64,000 nucleotides of DNA from Balanoglossus misakiensis (Eukaryota > Animalia > Hemichordata): contig CM082596.2 in the NCBI GenBank assembly GCA_040954595.2, positions 6,646,791 through 6,710,790 of the forward strand, read 5' to 3'. The number at the start of each line of letters is the position of its first letter. The stretch's first letter is position 1. The notes beneath the pieces were generated by a model, which had not been told where the DNA came from, searched no databases, and saw only the letters and a program-made list of their open reading frames with translations. Positions 37,401 to 51,000 of this stretch are shown in pieces. The position numbers and the translations under genes are program-made.

Positions 37401-40400
37401 GTGACCAAAATTCACAAAGTCAAGAATTGGTCATTATTTGAGCATGTATGAGCTATAATCCCTGCATATGACATGAAAATGCTGAAGTTGACCAAAATTC
37501 ACAAAGTCAAGAATTGGTCATTATTTGAGTGTGCATGAGCTATAATCCCTGCATATGACATGAAAATGATGAAGGTGACCAAAATTCACAAAGTCAAGTA
37601 TTGGTCACTATTTGAGCATGTAGGAGCTATAATCCCTGCATATGACATGAAAATGATGAAGGTGACCAAAATTTACAAAGTCAAGAATTGGTCATTATTT
37701 GAGCGTGTATGAGCTATAATCCCTGCATATGACATGAAAATGATGAAGGTGACCAAAATTCACAAACTCAAGAATTGGTCATTATTTGAGCATGTATGAG
37801 CTATAATCCCTGCATATGACATGAAAATGATGAAGGTGACCAAAATTCACAAAGTCAAGAATTGGTCATTATTTGAGTGTGTATGAGCTATAATCCCTGC
37901 ATATGACATGAAAATGATGAAGGTGACCAAAATTCACAAAGTCAAGAATTGGTCATTATTTGAGTGTGTATGAGCTATAATCCCTGCATATGACATGAAA
38001 ATGATGAAGGTGACCAAAATTCACAAAGTCAAGAATTGGTCATTATTTGAGCATGTATGAGCTATAATCCCTGCATATGACATGAAAATGCTGAAGTTGA
38101 CCAAAATTCACAAAGTCAAGAATTGGTCATTATTTGAGCATGTATGAGCTATAATCCCTGCATATGACATGAAAATGATGAAGGTGACCAAAATTCACAA
38201 ACTCAAGAATTGGTCATTATTTGAATGTGTATGAGCTATAATCCCTGAACATGACATGAAAATGCTGAAGGTGACCAAAATTCACAAAGTCAAGAATTGG
38301 TCATTATTTGAGCATGTATGAGCTATAATCCCTGCATATGACATGAAAATGATGAAGGTGACCAAAATTCACAAAGTCAAGAATTGGTCATTATTTGAGT
38401 GTGTATGAGCTATAATCCCTGCATATGACATGAAAATGATGAAGGTGACCAAAATTCACAAACTCAAGAATTGGTCATTATTTGAGCATGTATGAGCTAT
38501 AATCCCTGCATATGACATGAAAATGATGAAGGTGACCAAAATTCACAAACTCAAGAATTGGTCATTATTTGAGCGTGTATGAGCTATAATCCCTGCATAT
38601 GAAATGAAAATGATGAAGGTGACCAAAATTCACAAAGTCAAGAATTGGTCATTATTTGAGTGTGTATAAGCTATAATCCCTGCATATGACATGAAAATGC
38701 TGAAGGTTACCAAAATTCACAAACTCAAGAATTGGTCATTATTTGAGCATGTATGAGCTATAATCCCTGCATATGACATGAAAATGATGAAGGTGACCAA
38801 AATTCACAAAGTCAAGAATTGGTCATTATTTGAGTGTGTATGAGCTTTAATCCCTGCATATGACATGAAAATGCTGAAGGTGACCAAAATTCACAAAGTC
38901 AAGAAGGTGACCAAAATTCACAAAGTCAAGAATTGGTCATTATTTGAGTGTGTATGAGCTATTACCCTGAACATGACATGAAAATGCTGAAGGTGACCAA
39001 AATTCACAAAGTCAAGAATTGGTCATTATTTGAGTGTGTATGAGCTATAATCCCTACATATGACATGAAAATGATGAAGGTGACCAAAATTCACAAAGTC
39101 AAGAATTGGTCATTATTTGAGCATGTATGAGCTATAATCCCTGCATATGACATGAAAATGATGAAGGTGACCAAAATTCACAAAGTCAAGAATTGGTCAT
39201 TATTTGAGCGTGTATGAGCTATAATCCCTGCATATGACATGAAAATGATGAAGGTGACCAAAATTCACAAAGTCAAGAATTGGTCATTATTTGAGTGTGT
39301 ATGAGCTATAATCCCTGCATATGACATGAAAATGATGAAGGTGACCAAAATTCACAAAGTCAAGAATTGGTCATTATTTGAGCATGTATGAGCTATAATC
39401 CCTGCATATGACATGAAAATGCTGAAGGTGACCAAAATTCACAAAGTCAAGAATTGGTCATTATTTGAGCATGTATGAGCTATAATCCCTGCATATGACA
39501 TGAAAATGATGAAGGTGACCAAAATTCACAAAGTCAAGAATTGGTCATTATTTGAGTGTGTATGAGCTATAATCCCTGCATATGACATGAAAATGATGAA
39601 GGTGACCAAAATTCACAAACTCAAGAATTGGTCATTATTTGAGCATGTATGAGCTATAATCCCTGCATATGACATGAAAATGATGAAGGTGACCAAAATT
39701 CACAAACTCAAGAATTGGTCATTATTTGAGCGTGTATGAGCTATAATCCCTGCATATGAAATGAAAATGATGAAGGTGACCAAAATTCACAAAGTCAAGA
39801 ATTGGTCATTATTTGAGTGTGTATGAGCTATAATCCCTGCATATGACATGAAAATGCTGAAGGTGACCAAAATTCACAAACTCAAGAATTGGTCATTATT
39901 TGAGCATGTATGAGCTATAATCCCTGCATATGACATGAAAATGATGAAGGTGACCAAAATTCACAAAGTCAAGAATTGGTCATTATTTGAGTGTGTATGA
40001 GCTATAATCCCTGCATATGACATGAAAATGATGAAGGTGACCAAAATTCACAAAGTCAAAAATTGGTCATTATTTGAGCATGTATGAGCTATAATCCCTG
40101 CATATGACATGAAAATGCTGAAGGTGACCAAAATTCACAAACTCAAGAATTGGTCATTATTTGAGTGTGTATGAGCTATAATCCCTGAACATGACATGAA
40201 AATGCTGAAGTTGACCAAAATTCACAAAGTCAAGAATTGGTCATTATTTGAGTGTGTATGAGCTATAATCCCTGCATATGACATGAAAATGATGAAGGTG
40301 ACCAAAATTCACAAAGTCAAATATTGGTCACTATTTGAGCATGTATGAGCTATAATCCCTGCATATGACATGAAAATGATGAAGGTGACCAAAATTCACA

Positions 40401-40609
40401 AAGTCAAGAATTGGTCATTATTTGAGTGTGTATGAGCTATAATCCCTGCATATGACATGAAAATGCTGTAGGTGACAAAAATTCACAAAGTCAAGAAGGT
40501 GACCAAAATTAACAAAGTCAAGAATTGGTCATTATTTGAGCATTTATTAGCTATAATCCGTGAACATGACATGAAAATGCTGAAGGTGACCAAAATTCAC
40601 AAAGTCAAG
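31483..40609 (+). repeat. 87-bp tandem satellite (about 104 copies) with higher-order structure
   Basis: Consensus TGACATGAAAATGATGAAGGTGACCAAAATTCACAAAGTCAAGAATTGGTCATTATTTGAGTGTGTATGAGCTATAATCCCTGCATA. Confidence 0.97.
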
Positions 40610-43600
40610 AGGCAAATGGAAACAACTCTATACTCATTATTAAGACTGACCATAAACCTAAGATGCTAGAAGTTGCAATGCTAGTAACTGTTGGCTAATA
40701 GTTTAAGATTTGTGTACACATGCCACTTCAGAGGCAAATGGACACAACTCGATACTCATTATTAAAACTGACCATAAACCTAAGATGCTAGAAGTTGCAA
40801 TGCTAGTAATTACTGTTGGCTAATAGTTTAAGATTTGTGTACACATGCCACTTCACAGACAAATGGACACAACTCAATACTCATTATTAAAACTGACCAT
40901 AATCCTAAGATGCTAAAAGTTGCAATGCTAGTAACTGTTGGCTAAAAGTTTAAGATTTGTGTACACATGCCACTTCACAGACACAAGTACACAACTCGAT
41001 ACTCATTATTAAATCTGATCATAATGCTGAGATGGTAGAAGTTGCCATGCTAGTCGCTGTTGGCCAATAGTGAAAAATTTGAATACATATGCGTTTTCAC
41101 AAGCACAATTACAAATAGATTCAATGTAAATTAGTTCACCACATTTGGGCAAAAAATTAATATTTTGTCCCTTTCAGTAGCCCATATGGCAACTATGCTT
41201 GAATTTTGAAAGCCCAATAAAACACTTTCTGGACACATCAATTTTTTTAACCCTGTTACAAAGCTGATACCGGAGGTAAGGCAAACAATGCTTGTGTTTA
41301 AAGTTGATACAAAGCTTTAATTTTGTACTTACATGCAGCAAATTGAGCTGAGGAAAGCAAACTGGACAATTAGTTTTTCCTATCGTCCTATGACTTCATG
41401 TACAAGTCATAAAAGTGATCAGTGAAATACTTCATTTCGGAGGTCCATGTCAACAAAAAATCACAGCTTGTCCATTGGCTTCTTAGATGAAACACTTGTT
41501 CATCATGTCACACACATATTCCCAAATGACTGCAAAAAACACCTACTACTAAAAATGAAAAAGAGAACACAATGTTAACAGTTGGAACTCATAGTAATCA
41601 GCAATAGTTGGGTGCCAGGAAATGTACAAATGAGCTTTGGCAGAATTATGGCTAAAGACATCCAACCATCTGACCAAACACACACACACACACACACACA
41701 TACATACAAGTACCGGTACATGTCACTGTAGGCCAAAAGTCGATGTACTGTAAATGTGCCATTTCACAGGATAAAGAACACAAAATCCTTAGTTGCTAAA
41801 AGTTGCCACGCTAGTCGTCGTATGCTAATAGTGAAAGATTTATTTACATGTGCCACTTAACAGGCAAGAGTACACAACTTGATACTTATCATTAACATTG
41901 TTCAACATCCTGTTATGCTTAAAGTCAAAATGCTAGTCACTGTAGGCCAATAGTGAAAGATTTGTGTACATGTGCCACTTAACAGACAAAAGTACACGAT
42001 TGGAAACTGTTCAAATTCCTGTTATTCCAGAAGTTGCCATGCCAGTCGTTGTTGGCCAATAGTGAAAGATTTGTGTACATGTGCCACTTAACAGGCAAAA
42101 GTACACGATTGGAAACTGTTCAAAATCCCGTGATTCTAGAAGTTGCCAAGCCAGTCGTTGTTGGCCAATAGTGAAAGATTTGTGTACATGTGCCACTTAA
42201 CAGGCAAAAGTACACGATCGGAAACTGTTCAAAATCCCGTGATTCTAGAAGTTGCCAAGCCAGTCGTTGTTGGCCAATAGTGAAAGATTTGTGTACATGT
42301 GCCACTTAACAGGCAAGAGTACACTATTGGAAACTGTTCAAAATCCTGTGATTCTAGAAGTTGCCATGCCAGTCGTTGTTGGCCAATAGTGAAAGATTTG
42401 TGCACATGTGCCACTTAACAGGCAAAAGTACACTATTGGAAACTGTTCAAAATCCTGTGATTCTAGAAGTTGCCATGCCAGTCGTTGTTGGCCAATAGTG
42501 AAAGATTTGTGTACATGTGCCACTTAACAGGCAAAAGTACACGATTGGAAACTGTTCAAAATCCTGTGATTCTAGAAGTTGCCATGCCAGTCGTTGTTGG
42601 CCAATAGTGAAAGATTTGTGCACATGTGCCACTTAACAGGCAAAAGTACACTTTTGGAAACTGTTCAAAATCCTGTGATTCTAGAAGTTGCCATGCCAGT
42701 CGTTGTTGGCCAATAGTGAAAGATTTGTGTACATGTGCCACTTAACAGGCAAAAGTACACGATTGGAAACTGTTCAAAATCCTGTGATTCTAGAAGTTGC
42801 CATGCCAGTCGTTGTTGGCCAATAGTGAAAGATTTGTGTACATGTGCCACTTAACAGGCAAAAGTACACGATTGGAAACTGTTCAAAATCCTGTGATTCT
42901 AGAGGTTGCCATGCCAGTCGTTGTTGGCCAATAGTGAAAGATTTGTGTACATGTGCCACTTAACAGGCAAGAGTACACTATTGGAAACTGTTCAAAATCC
43001 TGTGATTCTAGAGGTTGCCATGCCAGTCGTTGTTGGCCAATAGTGAAAGATTTGTGTACATGTGCCACTTAACAGGCAAGAGTACACTATTGGAAACTGT
43101 TCAAAATCCTGTGATTCTAGACGTTGCCAAGCCAGTCGTTGTTGGCCACTAGTTAACGATTTGTGTACATGTGCCACTTAACAGGCAAACGTACAAGCAA
43201 AAGTACACTCAGCTCAAGGGGGCTTGTCATGGTCTGTGCATGTCTAGAACAAAACAATTTTCAATGTAAAGTTGGGCATTTCAATCATGGAAGTTTCAGT
43301 TTTCAATACACATCCTCTAAAAGATCATGCTGGCTTGTACTATAGAGTGCTAAAATTATTCAAACCTTTTCTCTCTCTGTTCACTGATGGAGTCTCTCCG
43401 GGAAACAGTTGGTCTCAGCTGCCATCCACTTTTCGTTCTTCATGAATGAACTTGTCAAAATCATCTCTGCTGGCAACCTCTGTCATCCTCTGTCTCTTCA
43501 CATTTGGAACTCTGACCTGAAGGCTCAAAATCAAATACAAGGTGTCAGTGTGCTTGATTCGAGTGCTTGAGAAACAAAAATGACAAACACATATATACTA

Positions 43601-45025
43601 TGCAATATGTTTTCATACAAGGAAAATGCACAACATCATTTATGTCGGAACACAGTATCCATACATACCTGGAAATAAATCTCTCAAATCATCTCTGCTG
43701 GCAATCTCTGTCTTCTTCTGTCTCTGCATATTAGAAGCTCTGACCTGAAGGCTCAAAATCAAATACTGGGTGTCAGTGTGCTTGATTTAAGTGCTCAAGA
43801 AACACAAATGACAAACACATGCTCTGTAATATGTTTTCACATGAGGAAAATGAACTACATCATTTAAGGTCGTCATCCCAAGAAAAACTATCCCAAAATT
43901 TTGTTATCTTCCAGGGCTGTACATGTGTCACTTAACAGGCAAAAGTACACAACTTGATACCTTAAACTAATCATAATCGTTAGGTGCCAAAAGTTACAAT
44001 GCTAGTAACTGTTGGCCAATTATGAAAAACTTATGTACATGTGCCACTTAACAGGCAAAACTACACAACTTGATATTTTAAACTAATCATAATCGTTAGA
44101 TGCCAACAGTTACAATGTTAGTAACTGTTGGCCAATGGTGAAAAACTTGTGTACATGTGCCACTTAACAGGCAAAAGTACACAACTTGATACTTTAAACT
44201 AATCATAATCGTTAGGTGCCAACAGTTACAATGCTAGTAACTGTTGGCCAATTGTGAAAAACTTATGTACATGTGCCACTTAACAGGCAAAAGTACACAA
44301 CTTTATATTTTAAACTAATCATAATCGTTAGGTGCCAAAAGTTACAATGCTAGTAACTGTTGGCCAATTGTGAAAAACTTATGTACATGTGCCACTTAAC
44401 AGGCAAAAGTACACAACTTTACATTTTAAACTAATCATAATCGTTAGGTGCCAAAAGTTACAATGCTAGTAACTGTTGGCCAATTGCGAAAAACTTATGT
44501 ACATGTGCCACTTAACAGGCAAAAGTACACAACTTGATATTTTAAACTAATCATAATCGTTAGGTGCCAAAAGTTACAATGCTAGTATCTGTTGACCGAT
44601 AATATTTAATTATTACTATTGGGTACGTCGAAACTTATATAAATAAAGGAAATAGTAACATCTTACCCTGTTTTCCTGATGGTTCGGCGTCCTATCCATG
44701 CAGATGGGTTCGTGTCCACACTGTTACGTAACTTGATGTCCATTTCAGACGGTACTTCATGTACATTTCAGACGGTCTCACACTTGCCCGCTGACGTATC
44801 CCTAGTCGTTATATCTAGTGAACATGATGGAAAGTACCAAGTTAGTCCTACGGCAAACGTCTCTACTCACTTTAAGCTACCAGTTCTGCTACCATGGACG
44901 TTTGTACAACACAGAAGCACCAGAACCCTGCGACTAGGAGACGGCAGCCATGTCAGTTAACCTTTGACACACGCAGTGCCCTCATCGGACATTTTGGAAG
45001 CTACAAAAACTCATTAAATAATAAG
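40610..45025 (-). repeat. Right arm of the giant inverted duplication (122-bp units 40610-41090, module E 41225-41890, 109-bp array 41940-43195, module C 43200-43915, 116-bp array 43920-44600, module A 44620-45025)
   Basis: Each module is the reverse complement of a left-arm module. Minus-strand ORF-track peptides at 42011-43177 match those at 16021-16751. Confidence 0.9.
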
Positions 45026-45029
45026 CGTG

Positions 45030-48000
45030 TTCATGAAAATTTTTCATGGGTTATAGCTCATGAAAATTGTCAAGAAATGCCAAATTCGCGACTTTGCGAA
45101 TGTTGGTGATTTTGTCATTTTTGGACATTTATCATGGGTTATAGCTCATGAAAATTTTTCATGGGTTACAGCTCATAAGAATTGTCCAGAAATGTCAAAT
45201 TTCCGACTTTGCGCATTTTGGTGATTTTGTCATTTTCCATGGTTATAAATCATGAAAATTATTCATGGGTTATAGCTCATGAAAATTGTCAAGAAATGCC
45301 AAATTCCCGACTTTGCACATTTTGGTGATTTTGTCGTTTTTGGACAATTTCATTGGTTATAGCTCATGAAAATTTTTCATGGGTTATAGCTCATAAAAAT
45401 TGTCAAGAAATGCCAAATTCCCGACTTTGCAAATTTTGGTGATTTGGTCATTTTCCATGGGTTATAGCTCATGAAAATTTTTCATGGGTTATAGCTCATG
45501 AAAATTTTTCTTGGGTTAAAGCTCATGAAAAAATTGTCCAGAATTGTCAAATTCCCGACATTGCGTATTTTGGTGATTTGGTCATTTTCAATGGGTTATA
45601 GCTCATGAAAATTTTTCTTGGGTTATAGCTCATAAAAATTGTCAAGAAATGCCAAATTCCCGACTTTGCAAATTTTGGTGATTTGGTCATTTTCCACGGG
45701 TTATAGCTCATGAAAATTTTTCATGGGTTATAGCTCATGAAAATTGTCAAGAAATGCCAAATTCCCGACATTGCGCATTTTGGTGATTTTGTCATTTTCA
45801 ATGGGTTATAGCTCATGAAAATTTTTCATGGGTTATAGCTCATGAAAATTGTCAAGAAATGCCAAATTCCCGACATTGCGCATTTTGGTGATTTTGTCAT
45901 TTTCAATGGGTTATAGCTCCTGAAAATTGTCAAGAAATGCCAAATTCCCGACATTGCGCATTTTGGTGATTTTGTCATTTTCAATGGGTTATAGCTCATG
46001 AAAATTTTTCTTGGGTTATAGCTCATGAAAATTGTCAAGAAATTACAAATTCCCGACATTGCGCATTTTGGTGATTTTGTCATTTTCAATGGGTTATAGC
46101 TCATGAAAATTGTCAACAAATGCCAAATTCCCGACATTGCGCATTTTGGTGATTTTGTCATTTTCAATGGGTTATAGCTCATGAAAATTGTCAAGAAATG
46201 CCAAATTCCCGACATTGCGCATTTTGGCGATTTTGTCATTTTCAATGGGTTATAGCTCATGAAAATTTTTCTTGGGTTATAGCTCCTGAAAATTGTCAAG
46301 AAATGCCAAATTCCCGACTTTGCGCATTTTGGTGATTTTGTCATTTTTGGACATTTTTCATGGGTTACAGCTCATGAAAATTTTTCATGGGTTATAGCTC
46401 ATGAAAATTGTCAAGAAATGCCAAATTCCCGACATTGCGCATTTTGGTGGTTTTGTCATTTTCAATGGGTTATAGCTCATGAAAATTTTTCTTGGGTTAT
46501 AGCTAATGAAAATAGTCAAGAAATGCCAATTCCCGACTTTGCGCATTTTGGTGATTTTGTCATTTTCCATGGGTTATAGCTCATGAAAATTTTTCTTGGG
46601 TTATAGCTCATGAAAATTGTCAAGAAATGCCAAATTCCCGACTTTGCGCATTTTGGTGATTTTGTCATTTTCCATGGGTTATAGCTCATGAAAATTTTTC
46701 TTGGGTTATAGCTCATGAAAATTGTCAAGAAATGCCAAATTCCCGACCTTGCGCATTTTGGTGATTTTGTCATTTTTGGACATTTTCATTGGTTATAGCT
46801 CATGAAAATTTTTCTTGGGTTATAGCTCATAAAAATTGTCAAGAAATGCCAAATTCCCGACTTTGCAAATTTTGGTGATTTGGTCATTTTCCATGGGTTA
46901 TAGCTCATGAAAATTTTTCATGGGTTATAGCTCATGAAAATTGTCAAGAAATGCCAAATTCCCGACATTGCGCATTTTGGTGATTTTGTCATTTTCAATG
47001 GGTTATAGCTCATGAAAATTTTTCATGGGTTATAGCTCATGAAAATTGTCAAGAAATGCCAAATTCCCGACATTGCGCATTTTGGTGATTTTGTCATTTT
47101 CAATGGGTTATAGCTCCTGAAAATTGTCAAGAAATGCCAAATTCCCGACATTGCGCATTTTGGTGATTTTGTCATTTTCAATGGGTTATAGCTCATGAAA
47201 ATTTTTCTTGGGTTATAGCTCATGAAAATTGTCAAGAAATTACAAATTCCCGACATTGCGCATTTTGGTGATTTTGTCATTTTCAATGGGTTATAGCTCA
47301 TGAAAATTGTCAACAAATGCCAAATTCCCGACATTGCGCATTTTGGTGATTTTGTCATTTTCAATGGGTTATAGCTCATGAAAATTGTCAAGAAATGCCA
47401 AATTCCCGACATTGCGCATTTTGGTGGTTTTGTCATTTTCAATGGGTTATAGCTCATGAAAATTTTTCTTGGGTTATAGCTCATGAAAATAGTCAAGAAA
47501 TGCCAATTCCCGACTTTGCGCATTTTGGTGATTTTGTCATTTTCCATGGGTTATAGCTCATGAAAATTTTTCTTGGGTTATAGCTCATGAAAATTGTCAA
47601 GAAATGCCAAATTCCCGACTTTGCGCATTTTGGTGATTTTGTCATTTTCCATGGGTTATAGCTCATGAAAATTTTTCTTGGGTTATAGCTCATGAAAATT
47701 GTCAAGAAATGCCAAATTCCCGACCTTGCGCATTTTGGTGATTTTGTCATTTTTGGACATTTTCATTGGTTATAGCTCATGAAAATTTTTCATGGGTTAT
47801 AGCTCATGAAAATTGTCAAGAAATGCCAAATTCCCGACTTTGCAAATTTTGGTGATTTGGTCATTTTCCATGGGTTATAGCTCATGAAAATTTTTCATGG
47901 GTTATAGCTCATGAAAATTGTCAAGAAATGCCAAATTCCCGACATTGCGCATTTTGGTGATTTTGTCATTTTCAATGGGTTATAGCTCATGAAAATTTTT

Positions 48001-51000
48001 CTTGGGTTATAGCTCCTGAAAATTGTCAAGAAATGCCAAATTCCCGACATTGCGCATTTTGGTGATTTTGTCATTTTCAATGGGTTATAGCTCATGAAAA
48101 TTTTTCTTGGGTTATAGCTCATGAAAATTGTCAAGAAATGCCAAATTTCCGACATTGCGCATTTTGGTGATTTGGTCATTTTCCATGGGTTATAGCTCAT
48201 GAAAATTTTTCATGGGTTATAGCTCATGAAAATTGTCAAGAAATGCCAAATTCCCGACATTGCGCATTTTGGTGATTTTGTCATTTTCAATGGGTTATAG
48301 CTCATGAAAATTTTTCTTGGGTTATAGCTCATGAAAATTGTCAAGAAATGCCAAATTCCCGACATTGCGCATTTTGGTGATTTTGTCATTTTCAATGGGT
48401 TATAGCTCATGAAAATTTTTCTTGGGTTATAGCTCCTGAAAATTGTCAAGAAATGCCAAATTCCCGACATTGCGCATTTTGGTGATTTGGTCATTTTCCA
48501 TGGGTTATAGCTCATGAAAATTTTTCATGGGTTATAGCTCATGAAAATTGTCAAGAAATGCCAAATTCCCGACATTGCGCATTTTGGTGATTTTGTCATT
48601 TTCAATGGGTTATAGCTCATGAAAATTTTTCTTGGGTTATAGCTCATGAAAATTGTCAAGAAATGCCAAATTCCCGACATTGCGCATTTTGGTGATTTTG
48701 TCATTTTCAATGGGTTATAGCTCATGAAAATTTTTCTTGGGTTATAGCTCATGAAAATAGTCAAGAAATGCCAATTCCCGACTTTGCGCATTTTGGTGAT
48801 TTTGTCATTTTCAATGGGTTATAGCTCATGAAAATTGTCAAGAAATGCCAAATTCCCGACATTGCGCATTTTGGCGATTTTGTCATTTTCAATGGGTTAT
48901 AGCTCATGAAAATTTTTCTTGGGTTATAGCTCCTGAAAATTGTCAAGAAATGCCAAATTCCCGACTTTGCGCATTTTGGTGATTTTGTCATTTTTGGACA
49001 TTTTTCATGGGTTACAGCTCATGAAAATTTTTCATGGGTTATAGCTCATGAAAATTGTCAAGAAATGCCAAATTCCCGACATTGCGCATTTTGGTGGTTT
49101 TGTCATTTTCAATGGGTTATAGCTCATGAAAATTTTTCTTGGGTTATAGCTCATGAAAATAGTCAAGAAATGCCAATTCCCGACTTTGCGCATTTTGGTG
49201 ATTTTGTCATTTTCCATGGGTTATAGCTCATGAAAATTTTTCTTGGGTTATAGCTCATGAAAATTGTCAAGAAATGCCAAATTCCCGACTTTGCGCATTT
49301 TGGTGATTTTGTCATTTTCCATGGGTTATAGCTCATGAAAATTTTTCTTGGGTTATAGCTCATGAAAATTGTCAAGAAATGCCAAATTCCCGACCTTGCG
49401 CATTTTGGTGATTTTGTCATTTTTGGACATTTTCATTGGTTATAGCTCATGAAAATTTTTCTTGGGTTATAGCTCATAAAAATTGTCAAGAAATGCCAAA
49501 TTCCCGACTTTGCAAATTTTGGTGATTTGGTCATTTTCCATGGGTTATAGCTCATGAAAATTTTTCATGGGTTATAGCTCATGAAAATTGTCAAGAAATG
49601 CCAAATTCCCGACATTGCGCATTTTGGTGATTTTGTCATTTTCAATGGGTTATAGCTCATGAAAATTTTTCATGGGTTATAGCTCATGAAAATTGTCAAG
49701 AAATGCCAAATTCCCGACATTGCGCATTTTGGTGATTTTGTCATTTTCAATGGGTTATAGCTCCTGAAAATTGTCAAGAAATGCCAAATTCCCGACATTG
49801 CGCATTTTGGTGATTTTGTCATTTTCAATGGGTTATAGCTCATGAAAATTTTTCTTGGGTTATAGCTCATGAAAATTGTCAAGAAATTACAAATTCCCGA
49901 CATTGCGCATTTTGGTGATTTTGTCATTTTCAATGGGTTATAGCTCATGAAAATTGTCAACAAATGCCAAATTCCCGACATTGCGCATTTTGGTGATTTT
50001 GTCATTTTCAATGGGTTATAGCTCATGAAAATTGTCAAGAAATGCCAAATTCCCGACATTGCGCATTTTGGTGGTTTTGTCATTTTCAATGGGTTATAGC
50101 TCATGAAAATTTTTCTTGGGTTATAGCTCATGAAAATAGTCAAGAAATGCCAATTCCCGACTTTGCGCATTTTGGTGATTTTGTCATTTTCCATGGGTTA
50201 TAGCTCATGAAAATTTTTCTTGGGTTATAGCTCATGAAAATTGTCAAGAAATGCCAAATTCCCGACTTTGCGCATTTTGGTGATTTTGTCATTTTCCATG
50301 GGTTATAGCTCATGAAAATTTTTCTTGGGTTATAGCTCATGAAAATTGTCAAGAAATGCCAAATTCCCGACCTTGCGCATTTTGGTGATTTTGTCATTTT
50401 TGGACATTTTCATTGGTTATAGCTCATGAAAATTTTTCATGGGTTATAGCTCATGAAAATTGTCAAGAAATGCCAAATTCCCGACTTTGCAAATTTTGGT
50501 GATTTGGTCATTTTCCATGGGTTATAGCTCATGAAAATTTTTCATGGGTTATAGCTCATGAAAATTGTCAAGAAATGCCAAATTCCCGACATTGCGCATT
50601 TTGGTGATTTTGTCATTTTCAATGGGTTATAGCTCATGAAAATTTTTCTTGGGTTATAGCTCCTGAAAATTGTCAAGAAATGCCAAATTCCCGACATTGC
50701 GCATTTTGGTGATTTTGTCATTTTCAATGGGTTATAGCTCATGAAAATTTTTCTTGGGTTATAGCTCATGAAAATTGTCAAGAAATGCCAAATTTCCGAC
50801 ATTGCGCATTTTGGTGATTTGGTCATTTTCCATGGGTTATAGCTCATGAAAATTTTTCATGGGTTATAGCTCATGAAAATTGTCAAGAAATGCCAAATTC
50901 CCGACATTGCGCATTTTGGTGATTTTGTCATTTTCAATGGGTTATAGCTCATGAAAATTTTTCATGGGTTATAGCTCATGAAAATTGTCAAGAAATGCCA

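Noticed and set aside
31483-40609. Centromeric satellite
   Set aside because: The array is only about 9 kb and lies between ordinary genes. Higher-order structure alone is not evidence of centromere function.
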